Positions 39,451-49,888 of a DNA stretch of 64,000 bases are shown in pieces. Position 1 is the stretch's first letter; each line of letters begins with the position of its first letter. Under the pieces are notes generated by a model, which had not been told where the DNA came from, ran no database searches, and saw only the letters and a list, made by a program, of their open reading frames with translations. Origin of the DNA: Planctomycetota bacterium (GTDB lineage Bacteria; Planctomycetota; JAJSAM01; JAJVHW01); assembly GCA_965248445.1 (NCBI GenBank), contig CBDFJG010000001.1, positions 32,001 through 96,000 of the forward strand, written 5' to 3'. The translations under genes and the position numbers were made by a program.

Positions 39451-39718
39451 CGGTCGCGTCGCGTCACTCGGGTCGCTAAGGCGCCCCTCGCGCCTCTCCT
39501 TGCCCGCGTGTCTCCCTCCTACTCGGACTCCGTCCGCTACGGAGGAGGTCGGTCACGCCGCTTGCTATGCAACCGTCGCGCCCTCCCGATTCGGACTCGA
39601 ACAGACAGCTCGCCGTAGGGGCGGGCCGATGCGCCCACCCGCGGCCGGAGCAGCCCACGATGACTGGGCGGGCCGGGATTCCCGTGGGCGCGCAGCCCAC
39701 GGGACGGAACATCACTCC

Positions 39719-40858
39719 ATGTCGATCGAAGTGCTGAGTGACAAGAGCGGCCTGCGCGAGATCCGGCGCAAGGTCGAGCGGGAGGAACGGCTCACGTTCG
39801 ACGACGGTGTCGCGCTCTACGCGACGCCCGAGATCGCCGGTCTGATGGAACTCGCCGACTTCGCCAACCGCCGCGTGAACGGGCTGCGCGTTGGCTACAA
39901 CGTCAACCGACACATCAACTACTCGAACATCTGCATGCTGAGCTGCATGTTCTGTGCCTTCGCCAAGAAGCGCGGCGAAGACGGTGCGTACGAGTTCTCG
40001 ATGGACGAGATCATGGAGCGCTCGCGCGAGGCGTACGAAGGCGGCGCCGACGAGTTGCACATCGTCGGTGGACTGCACCCCGACTATCCGTACGAGTACT
40101 ACCCCGAGATGCTCCGCGCCATTCGCGCGCGCTACCCGGAACTGCACCTCAAGGCATTCACCGCCGTCGAGATCGATTATCTCGCCGAACTGTCCGGCAA
40201 GTCCCACGCGGACGTGCTGCGCGAGCTGCTCCACGCGGGTCTCGGCTCGATGCCCGGTGGCGGCGCAGAGATCCTCACCGATCGCGTCTGGAACCGCGTG
40301 TACCGGGACAAGATGGGACCGGACAAGTGGATCCAGGTGATCCGCACCGCGCACCTGACGGGCGTCAAGACCAACTCGACGATGCTCCACGGCCACGTCG
40401 AACGGGATGACGAGAAGGTCACCCACCTACTCCGGCTGCGCGAGCTGCAGGATGAGACCGGCGGCTTCATGACCTACATCCCGCTGCGCTTCCACCCCGA
40501 GAACACGCCGATCCAGAAGCTCGGCATCGTCCACGGAGTCTCGTCCGTCCGGGAGATCGCCGTCGGGCGACTGCTGTTCGACAACGTCCCCCACGTGAAG
40601 ACGTACTGGATCATGACGAGTCTCGAGGTTGCCCAGATCTGCCTGGCCGCCGGAGCCGACGACATGGACGGCACCGTGGTGGAGGAGAAGATCACGCACA
40701 TGGCCGGCGCCACCACCCCCGAGCACGTCTCGGAGGAAGACCTGCGGCGGATCATCCAGGAAGCGGGTCGGGTCCCCTACCGCCGCGACACGGTCTACAA
40801 CGAGCTGCCCTACCCGGCGCCGCCCCGCGCCCCCCGGCCGGTCCTGGCCTCGAACTGA
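39719..40858 (+). CDS. mqnE: Aminofutalosine synthase (radical SAM, futalosine menaquinone pathway)
   Basis: NRHINYSNICMLSCMFC, ELHIVGGLHP, HLKAFTAVEI, MPGGGAEI, NVPHVKTYW, GADDMDGTVVEEKITHMAGA. Confidence 0.88.
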   Translation: MSIEVLSDKSGLREIRRKVEREERLTFDDGVALYATPEIAGLMELADFANRRVNGLRVGYNVNRHINYSNICMLSCMFCAFAKKRGEDGAYEFSMDEIMERSREAYEGGADELHIVGGLHPDYPYEYYPEMLRAIRARYPELHLKAFTAVEIDYLAELSGKSHADVLRELLHAGLGSMPGGGAEILTDRVWNRVYRDKMGPDKWIQVIRTAHLTGVKTNSTMLHGHVERDDEKVTHLLRLRELQDETGGFMTYIPLRFHPENTPIQKLGIVHGVSSVREIAVGRLLFDNVPHVKTYWIMTSLEVAQICLAAGADDMDGTVVEEKITHMAGATTPEHVSEEDLRRIIQEAGRVPYRRDTVYNELPYPAPPRAPRPVLASN

Positions 40859-40988
40859 TCCCGACTCGCCTCAGCCTCCGGTTCGATCACAGAGGCGGAA
40901 AAGTTCCGGGCGGCCTCGCTCATAGACACACGGTAGGGCCCGGTATGTAGTCGGCCTGCCATCACCCCGTAAGCCGGAGAACAGCACG

Positions 40989-41501
40989 ATGAGGAAGGTC
41001 TTCGTTACCGCCCTGGCGCTCGCCGCCGTGGCCATGGCAGGCTGCCACACGGCCAAGCCCGCCGACCAGCGCTTCCACAACACCGTCGTCGACACCGTCG
41101 ACGCGCCCAGTGTTGTGATGGCGAACCTGACCGCAGACGCCACGAACAACGGCTTCGGCGTCAGCCAGTCGGGTCCGTTCGATCTCGTCGTCGACTTCGG
41201 CGAGCAGGTCATGCGCGTCCCGGTGCCCACCGACTACGGGATCTGGGGCTCGCGGGTCTCGTTCCGCAACACGCGTGTGCGCGGCAGCGCGGCCTACAGC
41301 GTCTCTGCCGCGCCCGGCGGAGGCAGCCGCATCCGCATGAGCAACAACCCGATCTATTATCACCCCGACATCGGCAACTGGCTGCCGGGACCCTACGACG
41401 TGCCGCCGGGCGGCGGCGTGCTCGACGACCTCGGCGAACAGGTCGAGACCGATGAGATCGTCCTCGTCGACTCCGACTCCTCGATCGTCCTCGTCAAGTA
41501 G
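40989..41501 (+). CDS. Hypothetical lipoprotein
   Basis: MRKVFVTALALAAVAMAG-C lipobox; GGAG RBS; high-GC3 codon usage. Confidence 0.75.
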   Translation: MRKVFVTALALAAVAMAGCHTAKPADQRFHNTVVDTVDAPSVVMANLTADATNNGFGVSQSGPFDLVVDFGEQVMRVPVPTDYGIWGSRVSFRNTRVRGSAAYSVSAAPGGGSRIRMSNNPIYYHPDIGNWLPGPYDVPPGGGVLDDLGEQVETDEIVLVDSDSSIVLVK

Positions 41502-41753
41502 CACGGCAGCCGGGCGCTGCGAGGCCAGCGGGCGACGGCCACCACCGCGGTGCCGTCGCCCGCTTCTCGTTCGCGGCCGGGATCGAACGCCACCTGCTCG
41601 AGCGGCAGGAGCGACCGCCCTCCCTCTTCCGCGTGCCCTTTCCCTCTTCCGCGTGCCGTGAGGAGCGCTACGATTCAGGGCTCGCCGCGGTTCTCCGGGA
41701 CCGCGGCGTCCTACCTGGACTCCGGCTGCCGGGTTCTCTCTGGAGATTCTGCG

Positions 41754-42227
41754 ATGTCCCGATTCATGACACGGATGCAATACCAGCGCCACGTCGCCGC
41801 TGTGAGGGCGTGCGAAGACAAGCTCGACATCGCGCGCAAGAAGGTGGGCAAGGCCGCCGAGCACGGCGACCTCTCGGAGAACGCCGAGTACGAGGCTGCC
41901 GTCGAGGAGTCAGGATTCCTCGCCGGGCGACTCGAGGAACTCCGTTCGGTCACGATCGGCACGAACGTCGTGGATCCACGCAACACGGACCCGGACATCG
42001 TCAGCCTCGGCAAGACGGTGCGCATCCGAGACGAGGAGACCGCCAAGGAGGTCGTCTATCACATCGTCGGAACCGGAGTTACGCAGACCGACGCAGGTGA
42101 GGTCAGCTACACCGCGCCACTGGGCGCCGCTCTGGTCGCGTCCCGGATCGACGACGTCGTGACGGCCAAGCTGCCTTCCGGCACCCGGCAATACCGAGTC
42201 CTCGAAATCTCGTACTACGAGGACTGA
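41754..42227 (+). CDS. greA: GreA/GreB-family transcription elongation factor
   Basis: AAEHGDLSENAEYEAA, YHIVG, VSYTAPLGAAL. Confidence 0.88.
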   Translation: MSRFMTRMQYQRHVAAVRACEDKLDIARKKVGKAAEHGDLSENAEYEAAVEESGFLAGRLEELRSVTIGTNVVDPRNTDPDIVSLGKTVRIRDEETAKEVVYHIVGTGVTQTDAGEVSYTAPLGAALVASRIDDVVTAKLPSGTRQYRVLEISYYED

Positions 42228-42506
42228 TCGCACCGGATCTGCGTCTGCGATCGACCCGCCGGGGCCCACGACATGATGCGGTCACGGTCGAGAACGCGAT
42301 GGAAGCGGCGATGGCGGGGTGCCTTGGAAACGAGACATGGCCGTCGATGTCGCCGCGATCCGCAACGCTGGGTGCACGCGACCCTCATTCGTGCAGCGGA
42401 TTCCCTTTCGGGGGTTGTTACGCTGCGCCAGTGAGTGAGATGGGCAGTGGGTTGAGAGATGGGGACTCTGATCCACTCGGTAACAGCAATAGGGAGACGT
42501 GCGGCG

Positions 42507-42767
42507 ATGGAAGACTTCCGTTCCGAGGACCAGAAGACGGCCGATGAGCGGCTCGTCGGAACGTGGTGGCGGTGCGCGACGCACCGACTGACCGAAGCGC
42601 CGATCCTTCTGGGCAGCATCGCGTACTGTCCCAACGACGAGTGCTCGAACCAGGTCAAGCTGGTTCATTCCTCCATCAACGATCCCAACGCCAACGCCCA
42701 GGCGCGGAGCGTCTGGCGTAAGTCGAGCGACCTGTTCCTCGCGCCCGTCAAGAAGGCGAAGAAGTAG
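42507..42767 (+). CDS. Small hypothetical protein with CxxH...CxxxxC
   Basis: GGGAG RBS; WRCATH...YCPNDEC; lysine-rich tail. Confidence 0.6.
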   Translation: MEDFRSEDQKTADERLVGTWWRCATHRLTEAPILLGSIAYCPNDECSNQVKLVHSSINDPNANAQARSVWRKSSDLFLAPVKKAKK

Positions 42768-42926
42768 CGGGGCTGCTGCTCCTGCACGCCCGGCATCGCG
42801 TGGGCGTCTGAACTCTGACCGGCGGCCAATCCTCCGGCGCCGCCTAATCCTTGGTCGGTGCCGGGGCCGATCCTACTCTCCGCCCGCTGTGAGTCCGCGC
42901 CTCGCGCCGGGCTCGTGCAACACGGC

Positions 42927-43001
42927 TCCGCGGTAGCTCAGTGGTAGAGCGGCCGGCTGTTAACCGGCGGGTCGTAGGTTCGAATCCTACCCGCGGAGCC
43001 A
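42927..43001 (+). tRNA. tRNA-Asn(GTT)
   Basis: TCCGCGG acceptor, TAGCTCAGTGGTAGAGC D-arm, GCCGG-CTGTTAA-CCGGC anticodon arm, GTAGG-TTCGAAT-CCTAC T-arm, CCGCGGA-G-CCA. Confidence 0.97.
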
Positions 43002-43491
43002 ACCCCACCCCGCCCCGAACGGGGGCTCTCGGTGGTTGACGCAGCGTGCCCCGGCTCGCGTCCCGCCACGCTTCGCGTAACCCGCGCCGCCCTCGGCACT
43101 TGCACGCCCGCGCGCACCGGGCCGCGATTCTCTCTTCCGAACCCGCGAGCCCCGGGGTCCGAGGGCAACCCCGGGGGTTGGCCCCGGCCCCCAACCGCAA
43201 CCCCTCTCGAACTCTCCTTCTCTCTGGTTTCGGATCGCCCTTGGTTAACGGAAGGGTTGCCCGCGAAGACCGGGACCCGGCGTTTCGAACTCGCTTCCGG
43301 TATCTATCTGTTGAGGCCGTCGCGGCACCCCACCGCGCGGTCCCGATCCACCAGACGACGAACCGGCCGGGACGCCCGGAGGACGCCGTGGGTGCCGCGC
43401 CCCGCGGGCCCGCGCGGTTCTCTTCGCCGGTCCAGGGTAGGCGGCCCCCACCGCGTCTGACGGCGCCTCCGGCAACGACCGGAGACGAGCC

Positions 43492-43755
43492 GTGCAGGAC
43501 CCGTTCGACCCCAACCTGATGACGCCCGAGGAGCGCACGCGCGAGATCGCGGAGCTGCTCGCCACGGGTTACCTGCGACACCGCGAAATTCGCGCATCGG
43601 GGGCCGTTCCCGGCGATCACGCGGACATTCTCGCCCGTGGGCCGGAATCCCCCCGTGAACCGGAGAACGAACTGGATGCGCCGGGAGACCAGAGCGTCCA
43701 TGCAACCCGCGCCGACGGGAGTCCCCCGTCGGCAGAACAGGAGGCATGGACATGA
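43492..43755 (+). CDS. Small hypothetical protein preceding DUF2924
   Basis: PNLMTPEERTREIAELLATGYLR motif typical of the small gene upstream of DUF2924/recombinase pairs. Confidence 0.65.
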   Translation: MQDPFDPNLMTPEERTREIAELLATGYLRHREIRASGAVPGDHADILARGPESPREPENELDAPGDQSVHATRADGSPPSAEQEAWT

Positions 43756-44263
43756 AGTACACGATGGCAGCAAGGATCGCCGCGCTGCGGGAGATGACCG
43801 TCACGGACCTGCGCGAGAAGTACCACGAGGTCTTCGGCGAGCAGACGCGGTCGCGTCACAAGCACTTCCTCTTCCGGCAGATCGCGTGGCGGATGCAGGC
43901 ACTCGAGATGGGCGACCTCTCAGAGCGCGCGCGGCGCCGAGCGGCAGAACTGGCGAACGACGCCGACGTGCGCGTGCGCGTCCCGAGCGGCGCGTTCCGC
44001 GCGGGGCTTGCGTCCCACGCGCGAACCGCGACGCACGCCTTCGGTCGCGCTCACGACCCGCGCGTCCCGATGCCCGGGACGATCCTCACGCGCGAGTACA
44101 AGGGCCGCGTCCTGCGGGTCACCGTCCTGGACGAGGGCTTCGAGTGGGAGGGGCGGGTCTACCGCTCGCTCAGCGCGATCGCGAACGCCGTCACCGGCTC
44201 GCGCTGGAACGGCTTCCTCTTCTTCGGACTGAAGAAGACACCGGCGGCTGCGGGAGGGGGGCG

Positions 44264-44267
<4 letters not shown>
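43746..44267 (+). CDS. DUF2924-family protein
   Basis: IAWRMQAL..G.LSERA, PMPGTILTREYKG....VTV...GFEWEG..YRSLSAIA.AVTGSRWNG.LFFGL. Confidence 0.88.
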
Positions 44268-45742
<1,475 letters not shown>

Positions 45743-45746
<4 letters not shown>

Positions 45747-46183
45747 GCCGGGGAACCGAGACCGCGCCGGACTGGACGTTCGTCACCAAGGTCCACTTCA
45801 AGAGCGGAGACAAGGGCCGCAGGCGACTGCGCCAAGGAGCGGTTCCGCCGCCGGTGCCGGTGATCCCCGGCCGCGTCCCCCGCATCACGCGGCTGGTGGC
45901 ACTCGCGCACCGCTTCGCCGGGCTCATCGAGTCGGGCGAGGTCGCGGACTACGCCGACCTCGCGCGCCTCGCCGGGGTCACGCGGGCGCGGATCACGCAG
46001 ATCATGAACCTGCTCCACCTCGCCCCGGACATCCAGGAGGTCCTGCTCGACCTGCCACGCACCGCCCAAGGCCGCGACCCGTACCACGAGCGGGACGTCC
46101 GCCCCATCGCCGCGATCCCCGAGTGGAAGCGGCAGCGGGCCATGTGGCAGGGACTCAGCACGCGCGCGAAGGGAGATCGATGA
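45743..46183 (+). CDS. Recombinase-associated hypothetical protein (HTH-like)
   Basis: ATGA overlap; GEVADYADLARLAGVTRARITQIMNLLHLAPDIQE motif. Confidence 0.75.
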
Positions 46184-46497
46184 TGCGCTACGGACCCGAG
46201 GACAAGCTCTGGATGGTGACCGACCCCACGCCCGAGTCCGAGGAGGCCGACATCCTCTTCGAGACCTCGCTGGCCGGGCTGGAGCGGCAGTTCAAGGGCG
46301 GGCTCACCGCCACGCAGAACCCGACGCTCTTCACGGACCACGCCGAGGCCAAGATCGAGGCGTTCGGCCGCATGGTCGCGATGCGCGCCGCGCGCGCCAT
46401 CGTGCGGCGGGCCGCCGACGGCACTCCGATCGAGCGTGCCGAACGGATCGAGATCCTTGACGGGGACGGGAACGTGCTCTTCGAGGCTGATCTGTAG
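46180..46497 (+). CDS. Hypothetical protein
   Basis: ATGA overlap, GGGAG RBS, high-GC3 frame. Confidence 0.65.
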   Translation: MMRYGPEDKLWMVTDPTPESEEADILFETSLAGLERQFKGGLTATQNPTLFTDHAEAKIEAFGRMVAMRAARAIVRRAADGTPIERAERIEILDGDGNVLFEADL

Positions 46498-46721
46498 TCG
46501 GCACTCCCGCGCCCCGTCCCCTGTCCCCGGCGGTCTGTACCCTCGGTGCCCCCATGTCGAGAGACTCCGGCCCTCTCGATCCGGACCGCATGACACGAGT
46601 CTTCATCAACTGTTACCCCGACGGACCCTCGTCGCCGCAGCTCGCTGCTGGGACGGGTTATCGATTCTCGGCGGCGCTCGCTGCCTCGATGTCCGGGGGG
46701 CCTTGATGTGAGGTTTCGATC

Positions 46722-47878
46722 ATGCAGTACACGCCCAAGACGTTCTTCCGCCTCGTACCGAAGGACCTGCTGCGCCGCTACTTTGCGGACCGCAACGAAC
46801 TGACCGACTTTCCCTGGGACGAAGCCGAGGACGGAGGCGATGTCGCGCCTCTCTTCGAAGCGTGGCAGGAGTTGCCACCAGCGGAGCGCGCCGAGACCGA
46901 GAGCGCGTTCCGGGCGGTGTGGGATCTGTCGTCAGCCGACGGGGCGCGAATCCTGATCGAGGAAGGGGAGTTCCACCAACTCGATCTGGCGACAGCTCTG
47001 GACGCGCTCGACGGCTTCCAGCACAAGGCTCTGTGGGTGTACGTCGAGCACCAGAGGGTCTTCCGGGTAGCGCACGACATCAACCACGCGGACAAGCTGC
47101 ACCGCAGGTACTGGCGCACGCGCAAGGACATGCCGCTGAAGGAACCGGACGACAGCACCGCGATGCTCGAAGCCCTGGGGATGGCGATCTCCGCGTTCTA
47201 CCGCGAGCAGGGCCGAGGCTACGACTGCCGCGTCGAGTGCTATCTGCGCGGGGGAAGGCGGCACTACTACTTCGCGTACCCGTCCGACTACACGGACACG
47301 TTTGTCGGCTACGACGGGAGCGGCCGGTTCGTCCGACGTGCGCAGAAGCCGGCCTTCGAGGTCGTGTTCGTGTACGACCCGATTGACGGCACGCTCGATC
47401 TCTTCGCGCAGGGTGGCAAGAAGGTGGGCCGCCAACTCCAGGAGATCTTCGGTCGCGTGATCCTCGGCGAGGAACTCGGCCCCGAGAATCGCGTGGTCAC
47501 GCCGTTCGAGCTTCACGGGCTCAAGAGCCGGGACTTCGCGTTCCCGACCGACCCGGCTGACGGCATCATCGAGGTCCGCGTCAAGGCGCTGCGTCTCGCG
47601 ATACTTGGCGGGAGCCGTCGCGTGACACTGGAAGTGGACGTCGGGGGCGCCAGGAACTGTACGAACTAATGGACGTGATCCTCAACGCGGAGAAGGTCCC
47701 ACTCTCCAACCTGAACGTCACGCTCGCCACGATCCAGATCGTGTTCGCGCAACAGAACGGACGCCCCAAGACACTCACGTTCAACGTGTCCGCGCCGGAC
47801 TCGTGCAACCTCAAGGACTCGCCCGAGCATCTGAAGGCGAGGGAGTACCTGAAGCACTGGGGCATCGCGCGTGTCTGA
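46722..47878 (+). pseudogene. Hypothetical protein split by a frameshift at a G5 run (about 47643-47647)
   Basis: ORFs 46722-47669 and 47669-47878 join if one G is added: ...VDVGGRQELYELMDVIL... Confidence 0.6.
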
Positions 47879-48806
47879 CGCGCTGCCGCGCGTCCTCCAG
47901 CGAGCCGAGATCCCCGGCGCCGTGTTCACGGGCGACGAGTTCTTGCGCTGGCCAGATCCGCTGCGCGCGCACCTGCTGGAATCCGGGCTCCTGCGGAGCG
48001 CCGTCAACGCGGCGTCCGTGGCATGTGACGCATGCGGTCAGGACCACATCGAGGAAGTGCAGTACATCGTCTCCCCTGCGGGAAGCGCGGCTCGCGCCTA
48101 CATCCCATGCCCGGAGAACCTCCGGATCCACGTCGATCCGCAACGTCTGCTCCAGTGGGACGTTGACCTGGCGGCGCTGGCCCGAGCGGTAGCCACCGCG
48201 CTCTCGTCAAGCGGAGCGGTGACGGAGCTGGTGCAGGGACGCCTGTGGCGGCTCGGGCGATCCGCTTTCGGGAGCCGAACGCGCGACGTCTTTCTTGCGC
48301 GCGGTGCGTCGTGGAGCGACGGGACTGACGCGCTCTCCGAGGTCCCGCGTTCTCCGGCGTTGCCGCCGCTGGTGCTCGTCACCGGCACGGTTCCGAAGCA
48401 CTCGCCACCGGTCGACGAGCCGATGCACATCGTGCCACTCACCGATGTTGCGCGCCTCAACGGTGCGAGGCTCACGGTGGATCGCGACGCGATCACCACG
48501 ACGCTGTCCGCCGGATCGGTAGGCGCTGCAGAGACGGTCAACGCGAGTCCCCTGGACGACGACGGCTGGTATGCCAGTTCACGCATCGCCAATGCCTACG
48601 ACATCAGCGCGGACGCCCTCCGAAAACGCCTTCAGAGGTTCCGGCACGGCAACATGGACGGGTGGAAGGACAACGATGATCGCCGCCGGAACGAGCCGAA
48701 GCATCTCTACCAGCTCAAGGCTGTGATGCCCGTGGTCAACGCTCTTCGCGCCTCGGCCCGGCGTCCGACGAACGTCCAGCGGAAGAAACCCCGCCGCCGC
48801 GCCTAG
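47871..48806 (+). CDS. Hypothetical protein with CxxC..H...CPE Zn-binding motif and C-terminal HTH-like region
   Basis: CDACGQDHIEEV...YIPCPE; LWRLGR; SRIANAYDISADALRKRLQRFR. Confidence 0.7.
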   Translation: MSDALPRVLQRAEIPGAVFTGDEFLRWPDPLRAHLLESGLLRSAVNAASVACDACGQDHIEEVQYIVSPAGSAARAYIPCPENLRIHVDPQRLLQWDVDLAALARAVATALSSSGAVTELVQGRLWRLGRSAFGSRTRDVFLARGASWSDGTDALSEVPRSPALPPLVLVTGTVPKHSPPVDEPMHIVPLTDVARLNGARLTVDRDAITTTLSAGSVGAAETVNASPLDDDGWYASSRIANAYDISADALRKRLQRFRHGNMDGWKDNDDRRRNEPKHLYQLKAVMPVVNALRASARRPTNVQRKKPRRRA

Positions 48807-48923
48807 GCTCGCGAATCGACCGTCGCCGCTGGTCGCGGCGCCCAGTGGACGTCCACCGACAACAGGCGCCTCGAGGCCAAAACTACGCTGCCCACCGTGA
48901 AGACGAACTCACGGAGGCAGCAC

Positions 48924-49274
48924 ATGCAGCGACAGGAAACGGCGGGGCGCTCGATCTCCAAGCGCACCCTCTCGACCGAGCGACGGCGGCTCGTCGAGGT
49001 CATGCAGGACCTCAACTTCGGCCGGATCGAGGGGGTGGCCGTCCGTGACGGTGAGCCGGTCTGGGATCCAGCACCTCGGACGCTGCGCGACATCCGACTC
49101 CGCAAGAGTCGCGGCCCGCACCGGATGCGTGGAGCGCCGGAATTCACGCTCAGGGCCGAGGTCGTGGAACTCCTCGAGTTCTTCGATCGGGAGCGATCAC
49201 TTCTGATCGAGACGCTGGACGTGCAGCACGGCCTCCCCCATCGCATGGTGGTCGCATGTCCGGGGGGTGAGTAG
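48924..49274 (+). CDS. Phage-associated hypothetical protein
   Basis: GGAGG RBS; RRLVEVMQDLNFGRIE.V.VRDGEPV.DP...V.HGLP motif. Confidence 0.7.
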   Translation: MQRQETAGRSISKRTLSTERRRLVEVMQDLNFGRIEGVAVRDGEPVWDPAPRTLRDIRLRKSRGPHRMRGAPEFTLRAEVVELLEFFDRERSLLIETLDVQHGLPHRMVVACPGGE

Positions 49275-49276
49275 TC

Positions 49277-49888
49277 ATGCTCAACTCCGCACCGGCACCG
49301 CAGGTCTCCGACCGCGACCTAGATTTGGTCCGTTCACGCATCGGGCGCGCCGTCGGCCGTGCAGGACTGACTGGCGCGGATCGAGACGACCTCTCGCAGC
49401 ACGCGTTGGTCGAGTTGTGCCGCAGGGCCCACCGATACGACGCGGGCCGCGGCCCTCGCGATGCCTTCGTCGCGAACGTGGCACTGAACGCGGTCGCCAA
49501 CGTCGTCGAACGCCGCTGCGCAGCCAAGCGGGACTGGCGGCGCTGCCGAGTCTCACTCGATGACGAGGTGCTTACAGCATCGGGCTCGCGCTTGCCGCGA
49601 GTAGCCACAGTCGCCGACGACGAGCACGCGGTCCGGACCCGAGGCGCACGGCTGGGCCCCGTTGAACGCGCGGATCTCCGGCTCGACATGGCGACGGTGC
49701 TCGCCGGACTTCCCGAGCGCCGACGCCGCGTCTGCTGGCTGCTGATGCGCCTGAACCCCACCGACGCGGCCTGGGAGTTAGGGATTGCGCGCGGGACGCT
49801 CCACGAGATCGTCCGGCGGATACGCGAGGAGTTCGAGCGGGCCGGTCTGGACGCCTACGTCAACACATCCGCGGGAGGCCGACGATGA
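49277..49888 (+). CDS. Sigma-70/ECF-like phage regulator
   Basis: DRDDLSQ..L......RYD region 2-like; LDMATVLAGLPERRRRVC.LL......AAWELGIARGTL region 4-like HTH. Confidence 0.75.
   Translation: MLNSAPAPQVSDRDLDLVRSRIGRAVGRAGLTGADRDDLSQHALVELCRRAHRYDAGRGPRDAFVANVALNAVANVVERRCAAKRDWRRCRVSLDDEVLTASGSRLPRVATVADDEHAVRTRGARLGPVERADLRLDMATVLAGLPERRRRVCWLLMRLNPTDAAWELGIARGTLHEIVRRIREEFERAGLDAYVNTSAGGRR

Noticed and set aside
39719..40858. Radical SAM enzyme as a RiPP maturase linked to TldD/E and the ABC exporter
   Set aside because: Motifs match MqnE (CofH-like); no SPASM domain or precursor peptide seen.
42927..43490. attL core for the prophage at tRNA-Asn
   Set aside because: No duplicated tRNA-Asn end in the window and the right prophage end is outside it; serine integrases need little homology, so the boundary cannot be called.
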